From Chthonomonadales bacterium (GTDB lineage Bacteria; Armatimonadota; Chthonomonadetes; Chthonomonadales; CAJBBX01), in contig JBMFSQ010000015.1 of NCBI GenBank assembly GCA_049967475.1, positions 22,465 through 86,464 of the forward strand: a stretch of DNA of 64,000 nucleotides. Reading direction: 5' to 3'. The notes beneath the pieces were generated by a model, which saw nothing but the letters and a program-made list of their open reading frames with translations, was not told where the DNA came from and searched no databases. Below, in pieces: positions 1 through 8,318 of this stretch. Each line of letters opens with the position of its first letter. Position 1 is the first letter of the stretch. The position numbers and the translations under genes were made by a program.

Positions 1-92
1 ATGGCGTTGGCGCTGTCATGGAAGCCATTGATATAGTCGAAGACGAGCGCCAACGCAACGATGAGAACGATGAGGGCGCCTATTTCAGGCAT
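1..92 (-). CDS. pit: Inorganic phosphate transporter (PiT family), 5' part only; runs off the window
   Basis: Manual translation MPEIGALIVLIVALALVFDYINGFHDSANA contains the PiT signature NGFHDxAN; overlaps the stop of the DUF47 gene, its usual partner. Confidence 0.9.
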   Translation of the reverse strand, partial: MPEIGALIVLIVALALVFDYINGFHDSANA

Positions 93-708
93 ACTTCACG
101 ACCACACTTTCCAGCACAGTGGCGACATCTTCGCATTTATCCGTGGCGATCTCTATGCGATCATAGATCTCTTTCCACTTGATTACCATGATGGCGTCGG
201 TTCCCGGCGTGTTGAACAGGGTTGCGAGTGCTTCTCGGAAGGCCTTATCGCTCCGGTTCTCCAATTCATGGATGCGGATGAGGGCCTCGTGAAAGACTTT
301 TCGGTTCTTGGGATTGTCCAGCAGATTGACCGCATCGGCCGTGGCCCGGACGGTGTCCACCAGAAGGGCTACGAGGGGCGCCAAGTCCGGCCGGGGCACG
401 GAAAGCTGATAGAGCGCAATGCGGCCGCTGGCAGCTTCGACAAAGTCGGTGATATCGTCCAGGGCGCTGGAGAGCTTGTGGAGATCTTCCTTATCCAGGG
501 GTGTTACGAAGGTTGCATCGGTGCGATTGGCTAGTTGATGGGTGAAATCATCGGCCTCGTGCTCGATCTCTTCGATGCGCCGCGCGTGGTCCGCTCTATG
601 CTCAAAATCCTGGCTGAGTGCATGGAATTCCTGGGCCGCCCGCCAGGCAGCATTCGCCTGGGCCTGCAGCAACTGGAAGAAGGTGCGGTCCTTGCCCAGT
701 AGCTTCAC
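85..708 (-). CDS. DUF47 / PhoU-like phosphate transport regulator
   Basis: EHEAD...FVTPLDKED, ELENRSD and DRIEIATDKCEDVA motifs; directly upstream of pit. Confidence 0.92.
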   Translation of the reverse strand: MKLLGKDRTFFQLLQAQANAAWRAAQEFHALSQDFEHRADHARRIEEIEHEADDFTHQLANRTDATFVTPLDKEDLHKLSSALDDITDFVEAASGRIALYQLSVPRPDLAPLVALLVDTVRATADAVNLLDNPKNRKVFHEALIRIHELENRSDKAFREALATLFNTPGTDAIMVIKWKEIYDRIEIATDKCEDVATVLESVVVKYA

Positions 709-741
709 GGTAAGATCCTCCGTAGAATGATATGCTCTGTA

Positions 742-2028
742 TCATGGCTGTGCCTGAGAGGCAGCGGTCGTTGTTCCGCGTTCTTGCAGCGCCTCCCAGC
801 GGATTTGACTGAGGCCGGTGATGGCGCGGCCGCCCTTGGCAAGAGCCTGCTGCCACCTCGATGTGGCGAGGCCGCCGGTGAAGTCCCTGTGCGCGAAGGA
901 AGGATCGCCCATCAGGAAGACGGGTTTGCCGCGTTCAAGGGCTGCGAAGACCAAGTCCAGGTTCGCAAGATTGCCCTTGCCGATGGGCACTTCAGACACG
1001 ACGACGGCGTCCGCGTTGTGAACCAGCCGGGTGGCTGCTTCCAGTGCTGACGGGCTGATTGGTGAGAAGGGCGCCTCGGTTATGCGCTCGATGCCCAGGG
1101 CCGCGCAGACGCTGTCGTCGGTGTCCATACGGTTCAGCACCCCTGCGGTAACGTGGCAGCCGCGCCGCACCAATTCGGAGAGCAAGGCTCCGCCGGTTCC
1201 TCCGCCGCAGATCACGTGGATGCGGGGCGCGGGCGCCGCAGGAGCCGCTGAAGAGGGCGGAGCGGGAAGAACGATGGGGCTGCCTGTAACCGGGTGGCGA
1301 TGCACCTCGATGCCGCCGCCATAGACGCGGGTCAGGATGTGCTGCTGGAACACAGTTTGGATGGGGCCCTCTGCTTCGATGGACCCGGAGGCCATCAAGA
1401 GGACGCGGTGGCAGAAAGTAGCCGCCAAATTGAGATCGTGCAGGGCAGCGAGTGCCGCCGCATCATGATGCTCCACCCGTTTGCGGATCACGGTGAGCAG
1501 CTCCACCTGATGGGACAAATCCAAATGGGCGGTGGGTTCATCCAGGAGCAGCACCGGCGCCTCTTGAGCCAGTGCCCGCGCGATGAGCACCCGTCGGTGT
1601 TCGCCGCCGGAAAGGGTAGTGATGGGCCGGTCCGCCAGGGAAAGTGTGTCCGTGGCTGCCATAGCTCGGGTAGCAGCGGCGAAATCCTCGGGCTTCTCTC
1701 CTGCGATGCCATGGATGTACGCGTGGCGACCCATGAGGACGACTTCGCGAACTGTGAAGTCGAAGAGTGTCGGTTCGCTCTGGGGAACGAATGCGATGTT
1801 GCGGGCGAGATCGCGAGCCGAGAAATGTGAGAGAGGACGATCGTTGAGGGTTACTGTTCCCGATATGAGGGGCAACGTTCCGCTCAAGACCCGCAGGAGG
1901 GTAGATTTCCCCGCACCGTTGGGACCCACGAGGCCCACAAATTCACCGGGCTGCAAGTCCAGGGACACGTCACGGATCGCCTCGAGGCGCCCATAACCGG
2001 CCCTGACGTGACTGGCCCGGATCCTCAT
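742..2028 (-). CDS. Iron-chelate/cobalamin ABC transporter ATP-binding protein (FecE/BtuD-like) with C-terminal extension
   Basis: GPNGAGKST, LSGGE, LLLDEPTAHLD and LHDLNLA motifs; extra domain HVICGGGTG...GVLN. Start placed at ATG 2028. Confidence 0.88.
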   Translation of the reverse strand: MRIRASHVRAGYGRLEAIRDVSLDLQPGEFVGLVGPNGAGKSTLLRVLSGTLPLISGTVTLNDRPLSHFSARDLARNIAFVPQSEPTLFDFTVREVVLMGRHAYIHGIAGEKPEDFAAATRAMAATDTLSLADRPITTLSGGEHRRVLIARALAQEAPVLLLDEPTAHLDLSHQVELLTVIRKRVEHHDAAALAALHDLNLAATFCHRVLLMASGSIEAEGPIQTVFQQHILTRVYGGGIEVHRHPVTGSPIVLPAPPSSAAPAAPAPRIHVICGGGTGGALLSELVRRGCHVTAGVLNRMDTDDSVCAALGIERITEAPFSPISPSALEAATRLVHNADAVVVSEVPIGKGNLANLDLVFAALERGKPVFLMGDPSFAHRDFTGGLATSRWQQALAKGGRAITGLSQIRWEALQERGTTTAASQAQP

Positions 2029-2033
2029 GGTAT

Positions 2034-2042
2034 ATTGTAGCA
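2034..2042 (-). promoter_or_regulatory. Extended -10 (TG-c-TACAAT) 5 nt before the ATG; probable leaderless transcript
   Basis: Minus strand reads gtgctacaatataccATG; no Shine-Dalgarno present. Confidence 0.5.
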
Positions 2043-2052
2043 CACAAGGCAA

Positions 2053-2085
2053 CGGGCCGGGAACTTCCCCCCAATTCCCGGCCCG
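2053..2085 (-). terminator. 11-bp perfect inverted repeat, terminator-like hairpin
   Basis: cgggccgggaa-N11-ttcccggcccg, followed on the minus strand by ttgccttgt. Confidence 0.5.
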
Positions 2086-2229
2086 CCCGCTCCCACGGAG
2101 GGCGGCTGAAGTCCCAATCTGCTTCGTTAACCGCCGACATCCGGGGAACGCTTGGATCAGTGCGTCGCGGCGATCCTGTACTATAGGAATACTCGGGATG
2201 CCGAATGGTTACAGCGCTTGGCGGCTATC

Positions 2230-2258
2230 TTGACACGCTTTTGCCGCAGTGATATACT
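2230..2258 (+). promoter_or_regulatory. Sigma70 promoter for accB-hom
   Basis: TTGACA-N17-TATACT with TG extended -10. Confidence 0.8.
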
Positions 2259-2333
2259 TAGGGCCAGGTGGAAGGGCGGGCTGCATCGCCCTTCTCTCTT
2301 TTTATGGGGGGTAGGGAGGCGGCTTGAGCGCGT

Positions 2334-2795
2334 ATGGCTGAATTCGGCTTTGACCTAAACGAAGTGGCGGCGCTCGTGAGCCTTATGGAAGAGCATGGTC
2401 TGCAGTGCGTAGAGGTTGCGGAGCCTGGCCGGCGCATTGTGGTGACGGGTACATGGGCGGGAAGCGTCCCGGCTCGCGCGTCCCTCGCCGCACCTGCGAC
2501 TGCTTCAGTGGCGCCCAGGGACGAACCTGCGGAGCCCTCCACGTCCGGAAGGCGCGTGGCGATCGTATCTCCCATGGTGGGAGTATTCTACCGGGCCTCA
2601 TCGCCCGGATCTCCGCCGCTGGTGGAGGTGGGGGACCGGGTGGAAGTAGGCCAGCCTGTGGGCATCATCGAAGCCATGAAAGTATTCTCCGAGATACCCA
2701 GTGAACATGCGGGCATCGTCGTGGAGATTGTGGCTCGTGACGGCACCCTGGTGCGCACGGGTGAGCCGCTCATGTACCTGCGGCCTGAGGATTGA
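2334..2795 (+). CDS. accB: Acetyl-CoA carboxylase biotin carboxyl carrier protein
   Basis: SPMVGVFY and EAMKVFSEI biotinylation motif; Ala/Pro-rich linker. Confidence 0.95.
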   Translation: MAEFGFDLNEVAALVSLMEEHGLQCVEVAEPGRRIVVTGTWAGSVPARASLAAPATASVAPRDEPAEPSTSGRRVAIVSPMVGVFYRASSPGSPPLVEVGDRVEVGQPVGIIEAMKVFSEIPSEHAGIVVEIVARDGTLVRTGEPLMYLRPED

Positions 2796-2845
2796 TGCCG
2801 CCCCCTGTCGGTATGTTGCACGGAGGCAGACCTCTTGGGAATGAA

Positions 2846-4135
2846 GTGAAAGACACGATCAGCATCGGCATCTTGGGGCTGGGTGTCGTGGGTTCAGGCA
2901 CGGTTGCTGTGCTGGAGAAGAACCGCGACGCAATCGAAAGGAAGGTCGGCGCGCGCCTTCTCATACGCCGCATCGCAGTGCGCGACTTGCGCAAGAAGCG
3001 TGCGGTAACGGTGGATCGGTCCCTCCTCACGAACAACCCCCTCGAAGTGCTGGACGACCCATCCATAGATATCATTTGCGAACTCATTGGCGGCGTGAGC
3101 CCGGCAAAGGAGTTCATTCTGCGCGCCTTCGCCAACGGCAAGCACGTCGTAACGGCGAACAAGGAACTCATCGCCAAGGAAGGGCACGCCATCATGGAGG
3201 AGGCGGCTCGGCGGAAGCTGGATTTCCAATTCGAGGGGTCTGTGGGGGGCGGCATCCCCATCATTCAGCCGATGAAGAACGCATTGGCCGGGAATGCTGT
3301 GCAGGAAGTGATGGGGATTGTCAACGGCACTACAAACTACATTCTGACGCGCATGGCGTGTGAGGGAATAGACTTCGAGACGGCTCTCCGCGAGGCTCAA
3401 GCGAGGGGTTATGCAGAAGCCGATCCATCCAGCGATGTGGAGGGCTTCGATGCCCAGTACAAGATTGCCATCCTCAGCTCCATCGCTTTCTTAAGCCGCG
3501 TGTTCGTGCAGGACGTGTACGTGGAGGGCATTACCCACATCACTCAGCGCGACATCGAGTGCGCCCAGGAGTTGGGCTACGTAATCAAGTTGGTAGGCAT
3601 CGCCAATCGCGTGGGGGATGATGGAATGCAGGTACGGGTGCATCCTGCGCTGCTTCCTGCGTCACATCCATTGGCCTCTACCAACGACGTGTACAACGCG
3701 ATCTACCTGCGGGGTGATGCTGTGGGTGATGTGATGTTCTACGGCCGCGGTGCTGGGATGATGCCCACGGGAAGCGCCGTGGTGGGCGACATCATGGATG
3801 TGTGCCGCAACATCCTCCATGGGGCAACGAGCCGCATCACCTGCACGTGCTTCGAACAACGGCGAATGCTGCCTATGGATGTAGTGGAGACTAAGTACTA
3901 CATCCGCATGCTCGTGGCAGACAGGCCGCGGGTCCTAGCTTCCATTGCCGGTGTGCTGGGAGACCACGAGGTGTCCATCGAGTCTGTGGTCCAGAAGGCA
4001 GCAGTGGGCGGGCGTGCAGAGATTGTATGGGTGACGCACCGAGTGCGGGAAGCCAACATGCGCGCGGCGCTGGAGCTCATCAAGAAGCTCCCGTGTGTGG
4101 AGCGCGTGGAGAACTGGCTGCGGGTTGAGGAATAA
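2846..4135 (+). CDS. hom: Homoserine dehydrogenase with C-terminal ACT domain
   Basis: GLGVVG, VVTANK, GGGIPII, NGTTNYIL, EADP and GRGAG motifs. GTG start at 2846 preferred over the ORF-track start at 2792. Confidence 0.96.
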   Translation: MKDTISIGILGLGVVGSGTVAVLEKNRDAIERKVGARLLIRRIAVRDLRKKRAVTVDRSLLTNNPLEVLDDPSIDIICELIGGVSPAKEFILRAFANGKHVVTANKELIAKEGHAIMEEAARRKLDFQFEGSVGGGIPIIQPMKNALAGNAVQEVMGIVNGTTNYILTRMACEGIDFETALREAQARGYAEADPSSDVEGFDAQYKIAILSSIAFLSRVFVQDVYVEGITHITQRDIECAQELGYVIKLVGIANRVGDDGMQVRVHPALLPASHPLASTNDVYNAIYLRGDAVGDVMFYGRGAGMMPTGSAVVGDIMDVCRNILHGATSRITCTCFEQRRMLPMDVVETKYYIRMLVADRPRVLASIAGVLGDHEVSIESVVQKAAVGGRAEIVWVTHRVREANMRAALELIKKLPCVERVENWLRVEE

Positions 4136-4161
4136 CCCGGCGGTGTCGGAAGCCGCGCACC

Positions 4162-4962
4162 TCAGGTGTGGGCGGCCATCAGCTTTTTGTGCGTCGCATA
4201 GGCCGCGATGGCGCCTACTGCGAAGAGTGCCATGAGTAAGTCGCCTTGGCGGCGCCGACGTTCCAGTTCCTGTTGCTTCAGATCTACTTCGTGTTGCACG
4301 CGGTTCAGATCCGGCCTCACGGCAGCCAATTCGGGCAGGATCTTGTTGATATCCAGCACGTGGGTTAACCGGTGCACCCGGTTCCGCACATCAAAGAGTG
4401 CCTTCTGTTCCTCTTCCGTGTCAATGCCATTCAGGAAGACGCGGTGTTCCTCCCGGCTGAGGCTGGTGAGGTCCTTTTCCATTCCCCCCATGGCTTCCTT
4501 GAGGCGTGCGGCCCGATCATAGCTGTGGCACTGGCCGCACGTCTGGGGATTGATAAGGTCCAGCGTTACCTTTTGTTGGCGGTGTGCCGTATGGCAGGTG
4601 ACGCAGTTGGGCGCCGGGCGAACGCCGGCCATGAGGGCTTTGGCGTGGGCACTCTCGAGGTAGTTGTCGCGAATCGCTTCGTGGCACTTACCGCAGAAGT
4701 TAGGGACTTGCGTGGGAGAGGGCTTCCCCAGAAATCCGCGGGCCCGGTTCATGGCTACGAGGGGATCATCCGAGCGGGGATTGCCGCCATGGCAGTCTGC
4801 GCAGGCAATGCCGTTCCTGTAGTGGATGCTCGTCGGCCAATCGTGGGCAGGACCGGGACCTGTGCCTTCGTTGCGCAGATGGCAGTTGTAGCAGGAGTTC
4901 TGCGCACCGGCTGCCGTAGAGAACAGCAGAGCGACGCAGCATACAGAGAAGATGCGTTTCAT
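4162..4962 (-). CDS. Pentaheme cytochrome c with signal peptide, coiled coil and C-terminal membrane anchor; c subunit of the Rieske/b complex
   Basis: Five CxxCH motifs (CYNCH, CADCH, CGKCH, CVTCH, CGQCH); signal MKRIFSVCCVALLFSTAAGA; C-terminal TM helix. Confidence 0.9.
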   Translation of the reverse strand: MKRIFSVCCVALLFSTAAGAQNSCYNCHLRNEGTGPGPAHDWPTSIHYRNGIACADCHGGNPRSDDPLVAMNRARGFLGKPSPTQVPNFCGKCHEAIRDNYLESAHAKALMAGVRPAPNCVTCHTAHRQQKVTLDLINPQTCGQCHSYDRAARLKEAMGGMEKDLTSLSREEHRVFLNGIDTEEEQKALFDVRNRVHRLTHVLDINKILPELAAVRPDLNRVQHEVDLKQQELERRRRQGDLLMALFAVGAIAAYATHKKLMAAHT

Positions 4963-4976
4963 TTTGCCATGCTCCC

Positions 4977-6041
4977 TCACGAGTAGTAACCCCAAATCAT
5001 CAGGCCGATGTAGCCCAGGATACCCAAGGTAACGACAGTATAGAAGAGGCCGTCATTCAGGCGCGACCGTCTCTTGCCGGTGTCTATGAAGGGCATGAAG
5101 AAGAGCACGATGCCCACCACCACCTGCAGGATGATGCCAAGGAACTCGTTGGGCACAATCTTGAGGAACTGGTAGTTCGCAAGGAAGTACCAGTGGGGCT
5201 TGATGTGCGCCGGAGTTTCAAGCGGGTTCGCCGGGATGAGCGCATCCTCGGGAAAGTTTATCTGCGGGAAGTAGAAGATCAGCAGATTGACGAGGATGAG
5301 GAACCCGAAAACCGACGCCAGCTCCTTGGTTACCATGTGCGGGAAGAAAGGAACCTTTCGCACCTTGGCCTTGTCCTCGCCACCGGGAACGGCGATGCCG
5401 GTAAGGCGCAGGAAGAGCAAATGGAGCCCGATCACCGCCAGGATGGAGAAGGGGATGATGGACACGTGCATGGCGAAGAAGCGGCCCAAGGTGTACTGGC
5501 TCACGTTGGGCGTTCCGCGGATCCACAGAACCAGGTTCTGCCCTATGCGGGGGATACTTCCTGCGGCGTTGGTAGCCACCGTGGTGGCCCAATACGACAA
5601 CTGGCTCCACGGAAGAAGGTAACCCGAGAGGCCGGCGGCGAGGACAAGCCCCAGCAGGAGCATCCCGGTGATCCACTGGGGCTCCCGGGGATTGCGGTAG
5701 GCCCGCATCCACAAGGTGGAGCCCATGTGGAGGAAGATGGCCAGTACAAACACATGCGATGTCATGGCATGCAGATCCCGCACAAGCCAGCCATACGGAA
5801 CCTTGTTGCTGATGAACTTTACCGTGTCGAAGGCCCGGCCCGTGTCTGGAACGTAGTAAACCAACAACAACATCCCCGTGACCACCTGGATCACAAAGCA
5901 TGCAATCAAGACGAAGCCGAGCGTGTGCCACAACGTGAGGTTTGCGGGAACAAGGTATTCGGTGAGTGTGGCCCGGATGATCGCCTTAATCCGAAGGCGC
6001 TCGTCCATCCAGTGGAGCACTGGGCCGATCAGGCGCATCAT
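4977..6041 (-). CDS. petB: Cytochrome b of a Rieske/cytb complex (b6-like N-terminus fused to subunit IV-like part)
   Basis: GWLVRDLH..SH..FLH, GYLLPWSQLSYWA, RFFAMH..LH and ANPLETPAHIKPHWYF motifs; ATGA overlap with the Rieske gene. Confidence 0.95.
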   Translation of the reverse strand: MMRLIGPVLHWMDERLRIKAIIRATLTEYLVPANLTLWHTLGFVLIACFVIQVVTGMLLLVYYVPDTGRAFDTVKFISNKVPYGWLVRDLHAMTSHVFVLAIFLHMGSTLWMRAYRNPREPQWITGMLLLGLVLAAGLSGYLLPWSQLSYWATTVATNAAGSIPRIGQNLVLWIRGTPNVSQYTLGRFFAMHVSIIPFSILAVIGLHLLFLRLTGIAVPGGEDKAKVRKVPFFPHMVTKELASVFGFLILVNLLIFYFPQINFPEDALIPANPLETPAHIKPHWYFLANYQFLKIVPNEFLGIILQVVVGIVLFFMPFIDTGKRRSRLNDGLFYTVVTLGILGYIGLMIWGYYS

Positions 6042-6547
6042 GCCCGCACCTCCTCGAGGCCGATTTCGCCTTCCGCCGTGGCGAAGACCTTGAAGCGCTT
6101 GAGGGGTTTTGGCGGCGGGCCGGCGATATTGACGCCGTTTGCATCGAAGACCCCGCCGTGACAAGGGCAGAGGAACTCGGACTTTGTGGCATTCCATTTA
6201 ACGAGGCAGCCCAAGTGCGTGCACACGGCCGAAAACGCACGAACCTCTCCTGAATACTTCACCACGAGCGTGGGTTCCCCGTTGACGCCTACTCCGGAGA
6301 TAACGGGGTTCGTGCTGAGCTCCTTGAACGGAACCGGCCGGCCGTCGGTACCCATGAGCACGTTGGTTCCCTTCCTCGTCCTCTTGGGGCTGAGATACGC
6401 GATTACGGGTCCGACAAACGTGAGGGCAGTAGCCGCCACAACGAGCCCAAGGAGCCATTCCAGGAAGCTTCGCCGCGGATGTGGAGGCATACCCGGCGGC
6501 TGGAGCTGTGTGTACTCATCTTCCGAACCAATCGGAGCATCGGACAT
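6038..6547 (-). CDS. Rieske [2Fe-2S] protein, Tat-exported
   Basis: RRSFL Tat motif plus TM helix; CTHLGC and CPCHGGVF boxes; GPPPKPL; RBS gaggtg before ATG 6547. Confidence 0.95.
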   Translation of the reverse strand: MSDAPIGSEDEYTQLQPPGMPPHPRRSFLEWLLGLVVAATALTFVGPVIAYLSPKRTRKGTNVLMGTDGRPVPFKELSTNPVISGVGVNGEPTLVVKYSGEVRAFSAVCTHLGCLVKWNATKSEFLCPCHGGVFDANGVNIAGPPPKPLKRFKVFATAEGEIGLEEVRA

Positions 6548-6657
6548 GGCAATCACCTCACAGATAGGTTTCTGCAGAAAAGCCGGGAATGCAATCCCAT
6601 CGGCTGCCTGCAACGGAGCGAGGTTGCCGACCCGGCTTGTTTTGGTATCGCAATGTG

Positions 6658-8160
6658 CTATTGGGAGTTCTGCTGGGCATGGCAATCACTGCAGTTGGTG
6701 GTCTTCCATGCGTCGCCGATTTCTACCGGATGTTGAAAGGGTACGCCGTTCAGGGACACCGTCTGTTTGCCGTTGGGCATCCTTTGGGAGAGGATGGTGT
6801 GGCAGACATTGCAGTCGCGGGTGAGCACCCGGCCGTCGGCGGTTACATGCTTGCCGTCATGGCACCGGAAGCATCCCGTCGAATACATGTGCCCGATATG
6901 ATCAGGGTGAACGCGCCAGCTTACACCCATCTCGGGAAAGTAGTTGTTTTCATAGATGCGCTGGATCTGGCGAATGGCGGCATCCACATCTGCGCGGCGG
7001 GTAGCGAGGACGTCGGGGTGTTCCTTTTGGTAATAGTCCTCTACAGCCGCAGGTATGGCGCGGAGGCCTTCCGGCTGCGTCTTGTAGGGCTTCTCGAGTA
7101 CCTGCACTGCCAACGCCTTGATGCCTGGGAGGTCCGGCTTGATCCATCCGAGCGACATGGCCTGGTTCACTGCGGCGTTAGGGTTTTGGAACTGGTGCGA
7201 CGGCCGGTTGTGGCACTCGATGCAATCCACCAGATGTTTTGTCCCCTTAGCAATCTGCTGAGGTGTTAGAGGGTTATCGGTGCTTTGCCACACGGTAACC
7301 TTGCCGTCCGGCGAACGGGCTTCGATATAGGGGATATTGAGGCGCTCACGGTCTGTGGCGATGTACCAGATGTGGCTGTTGATGTACATATGGTAGTGTA
7401 TGCCCGCGGTAGCCCCGTGTTCGGGGTTGCCGCCGCCGATCTTCATGAGCATGTTGATGGTCATGCGTGAGTTGCCGTCGTCTGAGAGGAAGTACGTTTT
7501 GGTTTGGAGCTTCTCGGCATAAAAGAAGTTAGGCCAGTGGCATTGCTCGCATGTTTCCCGTGCGGGCCGCAAATTCTTGATGGGGGTGGCGATGGGCTTT
7601 GGATACTTGTGGAAGAGGACGGAGTAAACCTGGTAGCTGCCGGAAAGCTTAGATTTGACGAACCAAGTAGCTCCCGGCCCGATGTGGCATTCTACGCATG
7701 CAACCCGGGCGTGGGGGGAGTTCTTGTAGGCCACGTACTCGGGTTTCATGACGCTGTGGCATACCCGCCCGCAGAACTCCACCGAGTCTGTGTACTGATA
7801 CGCCTGGTAGCTTCCGAAGGCCGATACCACCAGGAATAGGAAGGACCCCGCAGCGATGAGCGCTACGGCATTGCGGTGGCGGGGGTTGTTGAGGTCTATG
7901 GTCGGGAGGCGGAACTCATCGGTGTATCCGGCCTGGATGCGGCGGTGCTGATGTCAGATGCCTGCCAGGGAGATGAAGACGCCGAGCACAAAAAAGATGG
8001 GCAGCAGCACGAATGTAACAAGGCCCATGTACGGGTGCTCCTGCCTGGAAAAGACTTCCACCAAGTACAGGAACAGAATGAGCCCCACCGTGAAGAGCGA
8101 AAGCACGGCACCGCCCAGCGTATAGGGATTATAGAACGAAGCGGGCAAACGTCGTTTCAT
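6658..8160 (-). pseudogene. ImcH-like NapC/NirT-family heptaheme inner-membrane cytochrome c (~500 codons), interrupted by an in-frame TGA at 7954-7956
   Basis: ORFs 7954..8160 and 6658..7830 share one frame. Read-through gives ...SLAGI*HQHRRIQAGYTDEFRLPTIDLNNPRHRN..., 3 N-terminal TM helices and 7 heme motifs (CGRVCH, CVECH, CEQCH, CIECH, CFRCH, CNVCH, CSDCH). Family call is strong; pseudogene versus sequence error is unresolved. Confidence 0.8.
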
Positions 8161-8318
8161 ACAGTCAATACCTCCCTGATTATACCGATACGATTACGCT
8201 CCGGTATCGGTCCCGTTTTCAAGCGGGCTTCAGTGCGCCCGCACTCGATACTTCGACCGCCCGTTGTTCAGCAGTTTGCCGGCGTGAGATACGGGGAGAT
8301 GGTCTGTTATGGGGAGGC

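Noticed and set aside
2050..2230. Cobalamin riboswitch upstream of the BtuD-like ATPase
   Set aside because: No B12-box or other conserved cobalamin riboswitch elements could be found by eye.
7954..7956. Genome-wide TGA=Trp recoding
   Set aside because: TGA ends many genes here (accB, katG, ATGA overlaps), Trp is encoded by TGG, and the other internal stop is TAA.
7954..7956. Selenocysteine insertion as the main explanation
   Set aside because: The downstream hairpin is only 4 bp and the site is a TM-helix end rather than a redox Cys position; kept only as a minor alternative.
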